Positions 1 through 8,005 are shown, numbered from the stretch's first letter. The stretch is 19,444 bases of DNA from Candidatus Babeliales bacterium (GCA_044451405.1 JBIOKB010000019.1:1-19444), one strand, 5' to 3'. Notes: generated by a model not told the origin, from the letters alone. A program made the numbers and translations.

Positions 1-93
1 GGGTATATCAATGGACCAAATAGTCAGCCCGATATTTTATCAGTTGATGAGGCAAATACGATCACTGTCGTGCATGATGCATTAGCAGATTAA
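1..93 (+). CDS. 3' end of an unidentified gene running in from the left edge
   Basis: Frame 1 is open from base 1 (GYINGPNSQPDILSVDEANTITVVHDALAD) to TAA at 91-93, just before a strong hairpin. Confidence 0.6.
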   Translation, partial: GYINGPNSQPDILSVDEANTITVVHDALAD

Positions 94-100
94 AGTTAGC

Positions 101-138
101 AAAGATCCCCGTGAGACGTTAATCTCACGGGGATCTTT
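101..138. terminator. Probable bidirectional intrinsic terminator
   Basis: Perfect 16-bp inverted repeat AAAGATCCCCGTGAGA / TCTCACGGGGATCTTT with a 6-nt loop and T-rich tail, between convergent stops at 93 and 160. Confidence 0.85.
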
Positions 139-159
139 ATTTTGCTTAACTAAAAATTA

Positions 160-804
160 TTAGTTGTTTTTGCTAAAAAGATATTTAACAGTTAAAGCAG
201 CCATCAAGGAAAGTGTTCCTAGGAATATTGTTGCTTCTGGCTGAGCACAAATACCAACCGCAAGTGGTAAAGTAACTGCTGTAATTCCTGTTACCTTGAA
301 TAAATTGTCGCCAAAATCACCTGCATTGAATGGGTCGTTTATTGCCGGTATTTCTGCACGTTTTGCTTCAATTGCTGCTTTTTTAGCTGCGATCATTTTA
401 TCTATTGTTATATGGGCTTCTGTTGGTATTTGATTTGCTGCATCTATTTCTTCTATGTGTTTTGCAAGTGCTTGTCTATCCGCTTCAGATGAGAGTGAAT
501 CACCAAAAGAAGATTTTAATTCAGCTTTTTTGTTTAATAATTCACCGAGCTCTATTTGTAGTTTTTTAAGCTCTTCAGTTTTCTTTTTTGCAGTTTCTTT
601 ATCTGCAGCAAGCTTTGCAATGGCATCTTTTTTGTACCATTTATAACCATAACTGATTGCTTTACCGGTTGCCATTAAGCCAGCGAACGGCAGAACGAAA
701 TATTTAAGCAACGCTTTAGTTTGACTAGCATCAGCTTGTGCTACAGGTGTAATGGTAGTTGTAATAAGTGCTGCTAAGGCAACACGAGATACGATACGTT
801 TCAT
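160..804 (-). CDS. Exported/membrane hypothetical protein (214 aa) with coiled-coil centre
   Basis: Start moved to ATG at 804: GGAG RBS upstream, signal peptide MKRIVSRVALAALITTTITPVAQA, and it removes the overlap with the next gene. Lys/Glu/Ala-rich helical middle, hydrophobic segments near both ends. Confidence 0.8.
   Translation of the reverse strand: MKRIVSRVALAALITTTITPVAQADASQTKALLKYFVLPFAGLMATGKAISYGYKWYKKDAIAKLAADKETAKKKTEELKKLQIELGELLNKKAELKSSFGDSLSSEADRQALAKHIEEIDAANQIPTEAHITIDKMIAAKKAAIEAKRAEIPAINDPFNAGDFGDNLFKVTGITAVTLPLAVGICAQPEATIFLGTLSLMAALTVKYLFSKNN
732..804 (-). repeat. Signal-peptide-coding direct repeat, copy 1 (partner 1456-1528)
   Basis: 64 of 73 nt identical to 1456-1528 by manual alignment. 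Confidence 0.9.
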
Positions 805-868
805 AATAATTACTCCATTTAAGAGGGGTTTTACATAATTCCCGCATAACCTGCGCGGGATACATTTT

Positions 869-1528
869 TTACTTATTTTTTGCGTATTTAAAATACAGGC
901 TTCCGAGTAATCCGAGTGTTCCAAGTGCTGCACAAGTAGCGGTGATACCGTAACCAACTTTTTTGCCTGATTCTAATTGTTCGTCGGTAGGTATGTCTGC
1001 TTTTTTTAATCGATCGTGAATGGTTTTTATTTTGTAATATTGACATACTCTATCGATGTTTCGGTTAAAATAATTACATGCTTGGCGTATGTCCTCTATA
1101 TCTCTCTGTGATATAGCATAGTGATTAAAGATAGAAACCCAATGCTCACCATATGATATTCTGCCATCTATTCCACGAGTAGAGAAAGAAGGTCTATATT
1201 CCGATCTGTATACAGGAAAACTTTCTTTTAATTCTTTTAATTGGGCATCAACGTCAATAGGATTTTGGTTATCTTTGTTTTGTTCAAGTCTTGCTTCAAT
1301 AATATCCAGCGCATTTTTTGTTGTGCGTTCATCATTACGCTTTTGAATATTTGCTGTGTGAATAGAAGGAATTGATAGGCCTCCAAAAATACCAAATGCT
1401 AATAACACGCTTGAAAATATAGGTGTAAAAGGGTGCTTAAATAAATCTGAAACTCCAGCTTGTGCTGTTGGTGCGACGGTTGTTGTAATAAGTGCTGCTA
1501 AGACAACACGAGATACGATACGGTTCAT
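869..1528 (-). CDS. Exported/membrane hypothetical protein (219 aa), probable paralog of 160-804
   Basis: GGAGG RBS, signal peptide MNRIVSRVVLAALITTTVAPTAQA, hydrophobic segment after the leader and a C-terminal hydrophobic segment followed by KYAKNK. Confidence 0.8.
   Translation of the reverse strand: MNRIVSRVVLAALITTTVAPTAQAGVSDLFKHPFTPIFSSVLLAFGIFGGLSIPSIHTANIQKRNDERTTKNALDIIEARLEQNKDNQNPIDVDAQLKELKESFPVYRSEYRPSFSTRGIDGRISYGEHWVSIFNHYAISQRDIEDIRQACNYFNRNIDRVCQYYKIKTIHDRLKKADIPTDEQLESGKKVGYGITATCAALGTLGLLGSLYFKYAKNK
1456..1528 (-). repeat. Signal-peptide-coding direct repeat, copy 2 (partner 732-804)
   Basis: 64 of 73 nt identical to 732-804. Confidence 0.9.
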
Positions 1529-1571
1529 GAAAATCCTCCATACATAGTTATTAAAACTTTGATTAATTACA

Positions 1572-1599
1572 AGTATGCCATAATAAAAAGAGGGGGCAA
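1572..1599 (-). promoter_or_regulatory. Putative sigma70-type promoter with extended -10
   Basis: TTGCCC-N16-CATACT with TGn directly before the -10, 44 nt upstream of the ATG at 1528. Confidence 0.35.
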
Positions 1600-1619
1600 A
1601 TGGGGGGTCAATAAGTCGA

Positions 1620-2429
1620 TTAGGTCGAGATATAGACTATTAAGAATTCCTGCGCCAGCACATAGATAATAGCCCCGATGGCCAGGAATGGCCCGAAGGG
1701 GATCTTGGTATCTTTCTTTGATCCACTGAGCAGAATGTAGCCAATACCAATAAGGGATCCGAGTACTGACCCTATGCACAAGGCTACCCAGCTGCCAATA
1801 ATGCCCGTAAATGCTCCGATAAAGGCTAACAGCTCAACATCCCCCTGGCCGATGCCAATCTTGCCCGTAGCTTTATAAAAAAGCCAGGAAATAGCATACA
1901 AAAAGCCTGCGCTTACAAAAATTCCTAGGATGCTATCTGAAAGCGTAATAGGCAGATACCCGAGTGCACTTGCTCCAATACCGAGTGGTATCAAAAAGAG
2001 GGTAACAAAGCGGGAGATGAGCATGGTTTCAAGATCTGAGCGGATGGTAACGATTAATGCAGAAAAGAAGATGAAGTAGGTGGGAAAATAGATGAGGGGA
2101 ACCATCGCATAGAGTAGTGACATAACTAGAACAGTGAGCACTTCAATGAAAGGGTAGAGTGGTGAAATGCGCGCTGTGCAATATCTGCAATGGCCATGCA
2201 GTATAACATAAGAAAGTACGGGGATGAGATCGTACCACGCGAGTGTGTGTTTGCATGATGGGCAGCGTGAGCGGGGCTTTACCACACTTTCATCACGCAT
2301 GAGGCGGTAACTAAGCACGTTTAAAAATGAGCCCCAGCAGGCGAAGACAGGCGTTAGCCAGACGTAGCCTAGGTGGAACTTCGACGTTATTCCAGCGTAG
2401 GCGAAGACTGGTACTAAAAATAGCACCAT
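1620..2429 (-). CDS. pilD: Prepilin peptidase (A24A, PilD-like) with an apparent 20-aa N-terminal insertion
   Basis: GSFLNV..YRL start, CPSC and CRYC zinc motifs, catalytic Asp motifs (SDLE, GQGD), IPFGPFL C-terminus. ATG directly abuts the rbfA stop. Confidence 0.92.
   Translation of the reverse strand: MVLFLVPVFAYAGITSKFHLGYVWLTPVFACWGSFLNVLSYRLMRDESVVKPRSRCPSCKHTLAWYDLIPVLSYVILHGHCRYCTARISPLYPFIEVLTVLVMSLLYAMVPLIYFPTYFIFFSALIVTIRSDLETMLISRFVTLFLIPLGIGASALGYLPITLSDSILGIFVSAGFLYAISWLFYKATGKIGIGQGDVELLAFIGAFTGIIGSWVALCIGSVLGSLIGIGYILLSGSKKDTKIPFGPFLAIGAIIYVLAQEFLIVYIST
2358..2411 (-). repeat. Palindromic element, family A, inside the prepilin peptidase CDS
   Basis: CCAGTC-TTC-GCCTA-N26-TAGGC-TAC-GTCTGG (54 nt), with an additional TGGAA/TTCCA stem in the interior. 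Confidence 0.8.
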
Positions 2430-2810
2430 TTACTTTTCCTCGTCTGTAGTTTCTACGGACTTAACCGTATCAAGTAAGTTTTCAAGCTTGAGTTGCTTTT
2501 CAAACTGCTCATCAAATTTAAATACTAAATCGGGGGTATAGCGAGCATCCATAATTTTAGCTATGGCAGCACGCATGGATGGTTTGTAGAGAATCAGAAC
2601 TTTTAGGATTTCTTTAAAATAATCTTGTCCGCGTGGGGAGTAAAAATAGATAACGCACATACTTTTACTATCTGATAAACTGACGCGATTAATAAAAGTA
2701 TCCGCGATGCGTGAATCATCAAGGGAGATTTGCATTAATAATTGTGAAATGGAACGCATCAAAAGAGATTCTTTTTGGGCTCTTTTGATGCTGCTAACTC
2801 TGTTTGACAT
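2430..2810 (-). CDS. rbfA: Ribosome-binding factor A
   Basis: 126 aa; DSRI...INRVSLS.S and RYTPDLVFKFD match the RbfA pattern. Confidence 0.9.
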   Translation of the reverse strand: MSNRVSSIKRAQKESLLMRSISQLLMQISLDDSRIADTFINRVSLSDSKSMCVIYFYSPRGQDYFKEILKVLILYKPSMRAAIAKIMDARYTPDLVFKFDEQFEKQLKLENLLDTVKSVETTDEEK

Positions 2811-2830
2811 CTATGATTCTTAACGGAGCG

Positions 2831-3043
2831 TTAGACGTGTTTTTGTGAAGCAAGGCGCATAAGATTTTGCTTAATTGCGCGCACTAAGCGTTTACGTCTT
2901 TTTTGTGTAGGTGGCTCAAAGTAGACGGTACGTTTCATGTCACGAACAACACCTTCCCGTTCAATCTTCTTTTTAAGCTGACGGAGTGCTTTTTCAATGT
3001 TCGTGCTTACATGTACTTCGATATTAGATTTTCTTTTTGACAT
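2831..3043 (-). CDS. rpsU: 30S ribosomal protein S21
   Basis: IEKALRQLKKKIEREGVVRDMKRTVYFEPPTQKRRKR is the bS21 signature. Start set at ATG 3043 (70 aa, GAAGG upstream). Confidence 0.95.
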   Translation of the reverse strand: MSKRKSNIEVHVSTNIEKALRQLKKKIEREGVVRDMKRTVYFEPPTQKRRKRLVRAIKQNLMRLASQKHV

Positions 3044-3120
3044 GCGATTATATCGCCTTCTTTCGAAAAAATCGGTTAAAAATAATAAACAGTGCGCACT
3101 AAAGCGCACAACTTGTACCT

Positions 3121-3148
3121 ATTCTAGCAATTTAGCCCTCAATGTCTA
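3121..3148 (-). promoter_or_regulatory. Putative sigma70 promoter for rpsU-rbfA-pilD
   Basis: TAGACA-N16-TAGAAT with TGn extended -10. Confidence 0.5.
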
Positions 3149-3160
3149 GAGGAGCTTACT

Positions 3161-3245
3161 TTCAAGGAGAACAAGACCCCCCGTTCGTCCTGAGCCTGAC
3201 GAAGGATACGAACGGCCTAGTACATGATGTTCAAGGAGAACAAGA
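3161..3245. repeat. Perfect 16-bp direct repeat pair TTCAAGGAGAACAAGA (3161-3176, 3230-3245)
   Basis: Exact match at 69-nt offset, bracketing a palindrome and the stop codon of the 3217-4638 gene. Confidence 0.9.
3181..3215. repeat. REP-like palindromic element, family B (35 nt)
   Basis: CCGTTCGT...ACGAACGG 8-bp outer stem with TCCT/AGGA inner stem; GC-rich, no U-tract, 1 nt from the stop codon. Confidence 0.75.
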
Positions 3246-4638
3246 GCGTACCGCTATTAAATGCCCGCTGCTGCTTGAATGGCAACTGATACAGGAACCC
3301 AAGAGAGAAATCAGGGGAAATATCATAATTAAGGTCAAAATTAAACACTTGAACGGTAAAATCAGACTTACATTCAAGAAGTTCAGGTAAAAAGGAGGGG
3401 TCAGAGGTTTTAGGGGTAATTTTGTCTTCTTTATGTTTTATAATCACATACTGCACATAGCAGGAAAGCCGTTCTAAAAAGTGATAGGCGCTCATTTTTG
3501 CCCCAAAGTGCCAGTTATCCCCCGGTTGGATGCTTGCTGACGTAGCAAATGGATAGATGCCGCTTTGGCAGTTGCTGGTAGGGATGTGTACATTGCAAAA
3601 ATCACGCTTGAAAAAATGATCAAAGCCGCCTTCAATCCCCAGTTCAATTGATTGGGCAAAATCAACATCAAAACCACCCGTAAAGCCAAGCGCATGGTGG
3701 GAGTTGCTGCCAAAAGAGATATCAAATGCTTTGTTGTAATGGCGCTCTTTGCCAGCGGCTACGCTTCCTTCAATAAAGAGGAACGGTGTAAATAAAAATA
3801 TGGGCCACTCTTTGCGCTCGCGATTAATGGGGAACGCATGGCGCCAATATAATGTTGCACGGATATCTTCTACTGATGAAGTATCAAAGGTACACATCTC
3901 AAAGTTAATTTCATTGGTGATGGTTTGCACGTTTTGCATGAGCGTGCCGTTAACATTTGTTTTGGTGAGGTTAGGGTTAGTCGGATCAGGAGTGAAGGTG
4001 GAATTGGGGGTTAAATTGAGTAAATTAACCGGTGCAAAATAAATATTGGCAACACCGGTCTGCAATTTAAGACCAATGTCGCACAGTAGCTGCAGATCAA
4101 ATTCAAAACGGACGCCACGTTTACGATATTTCATAGGAATAGTAAAAAAACCAAACTGCTGGCTAGGATCAATAGCAAGCGTATCATCTATTGGTGTGCC
4201 CAGCGGAACCATGGGGAACAACGTTTGACGTGCTGCGAGCAAGCTTGGTGGTAACGTTTGTCCTGTTGGTGTTGGCCCAAAGAGTAATGCAATCATGTCC
4301 CAGCGGCCACCAATATCGCCAAGTTGTATTGTTTGGTAATTAGGCGTAATGCTATCATCAGTAGCTAATGAAAAGATATTGTGGTTTCCAGCATTTCTCG
4401 CATTTTGACCAAAGGGAGAGACGCTAAAATTAACGCGTTCTGATCTATCTGCATCGGGTGTTAATCCCATGAATTTAAGTTTGTCGCGGGTGTATAAAAA
4501 TTCATGAGGATCAAGTGTGTTGTAGATGGGAAACGGATCTTGTCGTGAATAGCTGGTCATTCCATAAACGTGGGCACTTGAGAAGGTTAAAAGCGCGCAC
4601 ACTAACGTACATAACGATCGCAACATGGTATGTGCCAT
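3217..4638 (-). CDS. Exported hypothetical protein, probable outer-membrane beta-barrel (473 aa)
   Basis: Signal peptide, many alternating-hydrophobic strands rich in Gly and aromatic residues, C-terminus LLFSLNIMY resembling a beta-signal. Confidence 0.65.
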   Translation of the reverse strand: MAHTMLRSLCTLVCALLTFSSAHVYGMTSYSRQDPFPIYNTLDPHEFLYTRDKLKFMGLTPDADRSERVNFSVSPFGQNARNAGNHNIFSLATDDSITPNYQTIQLGDIGGRWDMIALLFGPTPTGQTLPPSLLAARQTLFPMVPLGTPIDDTLAIDPSQQFGFFTIPMKYRKRGVRFEFDLQLLCDIGLKLQTGVANIYFAPVNLLNLTPNSTFTPDPTNPNLTKTNVNGTLMQNVQTITNEINFEMCTFDTSSVEDIRATLYWRHAFPINRERKEWPIFLFTPFLFIEGSVAAGKERHYNKAFDISFGSNSHHALGFTGGFDVDFAQSIELGIEGGFDHFFKRDFCNVHIPTSNCQSGIYPFATSASIQPGDNWHFGAKMSAYHFLERLSCYVQYVIIKHKEDKITPKTSDPSFLPELLECKSDFTVQVFNFDLNYDISPDFSLGFLYQLPFKQQRAFNSGTLLFSLNIMY

Positions 4639-4677
4639 TACCTGAATCCTTTCTTTGCATTCAAAACTATGGATACA

Positions 4678-4707
4678 GATATAGCACCTTTAACGCAGCA
4701 ACGTCAA
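4678..4707 (-). promoter_or_regulatory. Putative sigma70 promoter
   Basis: TTGACG-N18-TATATC with TGn before the -10. Confidence 0.3.
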
Positions 4708-4730
4708 TTGCCTATATTAAGCGGTTATTT

Positions 4731-6200
4731 TTATTCATGTAATAATGCAATGCACTTGGCTTTTCCATCACCAGTAATTTCTGATTCTTGTGCATAAGTG
4801 CTTGCTTTTTTGCCACTGGCATCAACTAGATTTGTATCAGCTCTGTGTTGTAAGAGAAGTTCAACAACTGCAGGATGTGCTTGATCAGCTGCACGCATTA
4901 ATGCCGTAGTTCCTGCTGTTTCTTCAATGTATTCAGCTTTCCCGCCTTGGAAACGGTAACGTTTTCCTCCTGCTCGTGGATCACGTACTCTAAAGCGTCG
5001 ATTAATACTATGCTGAGTTGAATATGTTGTTTGTGCATTAACGGCAGCAAAAGTATTGGCCTGTAATAGTAATGCTACAACTTCTGGTGATCCTTGTTCA
5101 GCAGCAAGATGAAGTGGGGTGGTACCATGTTCGTCGCACATCGGAATGAGAGCGAATGTATTTTTTGGATGAGGCATAATAAGCGTAGCATTGTGTTTAA
5201 GTAAATATTCCACTGCTTGTTCGTTGCCACATTGCGCTGCATAATGAAGGGCTCGTTTGCCATTTGAGTTTGAAATGTTAGCCCTGCAACCACTTTCAAG
5301 AAGATGTAATACTCTTCGTGCCATTGGATCTGTTGCGCATGCTTCACATGCATCAAGGAGTTCTTGATCATCAGCATATGCATATTCTGCTACTAATTTA
5401 CCTAGTGGACGTGGGAATTGGGTAACATCACAAATTGCGATCATCTCGTGTTTAGGTGCTATCATGTCGCGGATGGCGCGTAATGTATCTTTGTGCATAC
5501 CTTTTACTTCACATAATTCGACAACCGTTTTTCCATTGCGATCTTTTATATCTGTACGCGCTCCGTGTTTTAGTAAGAGCTCAACTGCTGGTATATAACG
5601 ATTACCAGCACGAGGTTTTCTTAAAGCGTTTGTTACTGCTATATGAAGTGGTGTTTGAGATATTGTATCTCTCGTAGCATATGAGGAAGGATAATCCCAT
5701 GTATGCGTATTAACATCAGCTCCAGCATTAATAAGCTGTTCTACTGCATAAATATCATGTATTCCACGGGTAATTCCGCATGCAAGGTGGTGTTGCCAAC
5801 TTTCTGGGTGTTGTGCTTGTAGATGCTTGACAATACAATCTAATATCGCAGGATTGATTCCCTTTTGCGCTGCCTCATAACAATTTTCTTCAAGAAGTAC
5901 ATAAGGACCAAAAGCAGTAAGCAGAAACTGTAGCATTTCTACATGATTATGCTTAATCGCGTGACCAAGAGAACGATAGACATCAGAACTATGTTCTTTT
6001 GCTGCGTCAGCTACAATTGCTGCATTTTCGGCGCATAATTGTTGTACTTGTGTCAGGTTATTATTTGTAACATAGTATTCTAGATCGGATGTAAATTGAT
6101 GCTTTGGTGGTAAACCGGTGAATCTATACCCCATGCCATGTATTGAGCCTGCTATCAGGAACCCAAGAAGGGCCAGCGTGTGTAGTAGTGAAACTTTCAT
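4731..6200 (-). CDS. Exported ankyrin-repeat protein with a central F-box-like motif (489 aa)
   Basis: Signal peptide ending IHGM, AGGAGG RBS, ankyrin consensus repeats (TPLHIAV, ALHYAA, TPLHLAA, TALMRAA, LL..GA.VN). Confidence 0.92.
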   Translation of the reverse strand: MKVSLLHTLALLGFLIAGSIHGMGYRFTGLPPKHQFTSDLEYYVTNNNLTQVQQLCAENAAIVADAAKEHSSDVYRSLGHAIKHNHVEMLQFLLTAFGPYVLLEENCYEAAQKGINPAILDCIVKHLQAQHPESWQHHLACGITRGIHDIYAVEQLINAGADVNTHTWDYPSSYATRDTISQTPLHIAVTNALRKPRAGNRYIPAVELLLKHGARTDIKDRNGKTVVELCEVKGMHKDTLRAIRDMIAPKHEMIAICDVTQFPRPLGKLVAEYAYADDQELLDACEACATDPMARRVLHLLESGCRANISNSNGKRALHYAAQCGNEQAVEYLLKHNATLIMPHPKNTFALIPMCDEHGTTPLHLAAEQGSPEVVALLLQANTFAAVNAQTTYSTQHSINRRFRVRDPRAGGKRYRFQGGKAEYIEETAGTTALMRAADQAHPAVVELLLQHRADTNLVDASGKKASTYAQESEITGDGKAKCIALLHE

Positions 6201-6242
6201 ATATCCTCCTAAATATTTTTCAATTTAATCATATTATTACTA

Positions 6243-6270
6243 ATAGTAACAAATTCATAAAATATCGCAA
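6243..6270 (-). promoter_or_regulatory. Putative sigma70-type promoter for the ankyrin gene
   Basis: TTGCGA-N16-TACTAT with TGn extended -10. Confidence 0.45.
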
Positions 6271-6330
6271 CCGGTGATTTTTTAGGGTAAAATGAGCATA
6301 TTTAACCAGAAATGTTACCAGGAATTACCC

Positions 6331-6582
6331 ATGTCCTATTGTGCCTATTACCAAGCCCAGGTTGAGCGTTCCCGCTCTCTCTTTTTAGTTGCCCTGTTGC
6401 GCAGCTATGAACACGTATCATTTGACCGTACCCTTGATGTGCCAAATAGTATCTTTGAGTTTTATGTTCCCGAAGATCAGGAAGAGAGCTTTTTAGGTAT
6501 TATGCATGCCCTTGAGCAGGAAGGGATCATTCAACATCTGAATAAATTACCCAATCGCTTAATCACCGAAGAACTTTATTAA
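6331..6582 (+). CDS. Small hypothetical protein, DUF4911-like (83 aa)
   Basis: LLRSYEHVSFDRTLD...FEFYVP pattern recalled as DUF4911-like. AGGA upstream of ATG 6331 favours this start over 6292. Overlaps the gltX 3' end by 20 nt. Confidence 0.6.
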   Translation: MSYCAYYQAQVERSRSLFLVALLRSYEHVSFDRTLDVPNSIFEFYVPEDQEESFLGIMHALEQEGIIQHLNKLPNRLITEELY

Positions 6583-8005
6583 TTCGCGCGTCTACTTCTT
6601 GAATGCCGAGCATAACAATAAGATCAGCAATAGAAGGGCCTTCAACTTCTTCCATGAGCATTAAACGTAAGAATGTATACAGATCTTTTAATGCAATCTT
6701 TTTTTCTTTAGCAGCAGTTTTAAGATTAGTTAAGAACGTGTCTGCATTAGTGTGCAGTAACGGACGGTGTTCAAGAACGAGCGCTGTAATATCTTCTACA
6801 ACGTTTGGCGTCATATGGTTTGCAATATCATGCTTGGTCAGTGCGGGCACATTAAAATAAAAATGGAGCGCGTTGGTAACTTCAGTGAGTGTTGTAAGAT
6901 CAGTTTTAATAAGTTGGATGAGCTTAGTAACGATTGTGATATCCATAGTTGTTACTGCTGGATATGCTTTTTCTAAAAAGGGCAGGCAGTAGGCAGTTAA
7001 CGTAGCTGGTTCAAGACGATTAATCCATTTATGATTAAGCCACGTTAATTTTTCAACATCATACCGAATTTGGCCAGTACTATGAATGGCATCAAAATTA
7101 AGTGCCGCAATAAGTTCTTCTCGCGACATAATTTCATGCTCAAAGGTGCCACCACCAATAATTGCTAAATAGTTGCACAGCGCTTCAGGTACAAAGCCGC
7201 CATCACGTAAATCTTGCAATGAAAATCCAAAATCACGTTTAGATAGTTTTTTACCATGAATGTTAAATAAAATAGGTAAATGCCAGTAGGTTGGTAACGG
7301 TGTTTTAAATGCTTGAAAGAGTGCAGCTTGGCATGCAGTATTAGTTAAATGATCTTCCCCACGTATGATGAGGTTCATCTTCATGAGCATATCATCAACA
7401 AAATTAGCAAAAATAAAGGTGACGGTGCCATCTTGGCGTGTTAAGGGGAAATCAGAAAAATTTTTGTAATCAAAGGCAATTGAACCATGAGCAAGGTCAG
7501 TGATAGTAACCTGCGCATTTTGATCTAATTTCATGCGCCAGATAAACGGAATGCCGTTGGCTAGTTTATCTTCAATAACCGATGCCGATAAGTTTGCACA
7601 CGTGCGATCATAACGTGGCGGCAACTTAAGATCCATTTGGCGTTGGCGCTTTTTTTCTAATTCTTCTACGGTGCAAAAACAGCGATATGCGTCATGCTGT
7701 GCTTGTAATTCACGGAGCTTTTCTTGATAGATATTTTCCCGCTCTGATTGGATATATGGCCAATATGGGCCACCAACATCCGGACCTTCATCATGGGTGA
7801 TACCAAGCCAGGCAAGATCCTGTATAATTTGTTTGCCTTGCGGATCATAATTGCGTTGTTGGTCAGTGTCTTCAATACGGAGTACAAACGTTCCGCCTTT
7901 TTGTCGCGCAAAGAGATAATTCATTAACGCGGTGCGCACATTACCTAAATGCATAAGACCAGTGGGAGCAGGAGCAAAACGGACACGTAAGGAGGCTTTA
8001 TTCAT
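6563..8005 (-). CDS. gltX: Glutamate--tRNA ligase
   Basis: RVRFAPAPTGLMHLGN (HIGH), LRIEDTD, IIRGEDH, KLSKR (KMSKS), full-length anticodon-binding domain. Confidence 0.97.
   Translation of the reverse strand: MNKASLRVRFAPAPTGLMHLGNVRTALMNYLFARQKGGTFVLRIEDTDQQRNYDPQGKQIIQDLAWLGITHDEGPDVGGPYWPYIQSERENIYQEKLRELQAQHDAYRCFCTVEELEKKRQRQMDLKLPPRYDRTCANLSASVIEDKLANGIPFIWRMKLDQNAQVTITDLAHGSIAFDYKNFSDFPLTRQDGTVTFIFANFVDDMLMKMNLIIRGEDHLTNTACQAALFQAFKTPLPTYWHLPILFNIHGKKLSKRDFGFSLQDLRDGGFVPEALCNYLAIIGGGTFEHEIMSREELIAALNFDAIHSTGQIRYDVEKLTWLNHKWINRLEPATLTAYCLPFLEKAYPAVTTMDITIVTKLIQLIKTDLTTLTEVTNALHFYFNVPALTKHDIANHMTPNVVEDITALVLEHRPLLHTNADTFLTNLKTAAKEKKIALKDLYTFLRLMLMEEVEGPSIADLIVMLGIQEVDARINKVLR

Noticed and set aside
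840-860. Hairpin TCCCGC/GCGGGA between the tandem genes as a terminator
   Set aside because: Only 6 bp with no U-tract on the coding strand, and it lacks family A geometry.
805-957. N-terminal extension of ORF 160..957
   Set aside because: Overlaps the neighbouring gene; RBS, signal peptide and the paralog all indicate ATG 804.
160-1528. The two small proteins as prepilin peptidase substrates
   Set aside because: No class III G|F-xxx-E cleavage site; the leaders end in AQA like signal peptidase I substrates.
3142-3390. 82-aa plus-strand ORF spanning the repeats
   Set aside because: Antisense to the 473-aa gene, with no RBS or recognisable motif; its FQGEQ/VQGEQ echo just reflects the DNA repeat.
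6563-6582. 20-nt convergent overlap of the small gene and gltX as antisense regulation
   Set aside because: Short 3' overlaps are common in compact genomes and nothing else supports a regulatory role.
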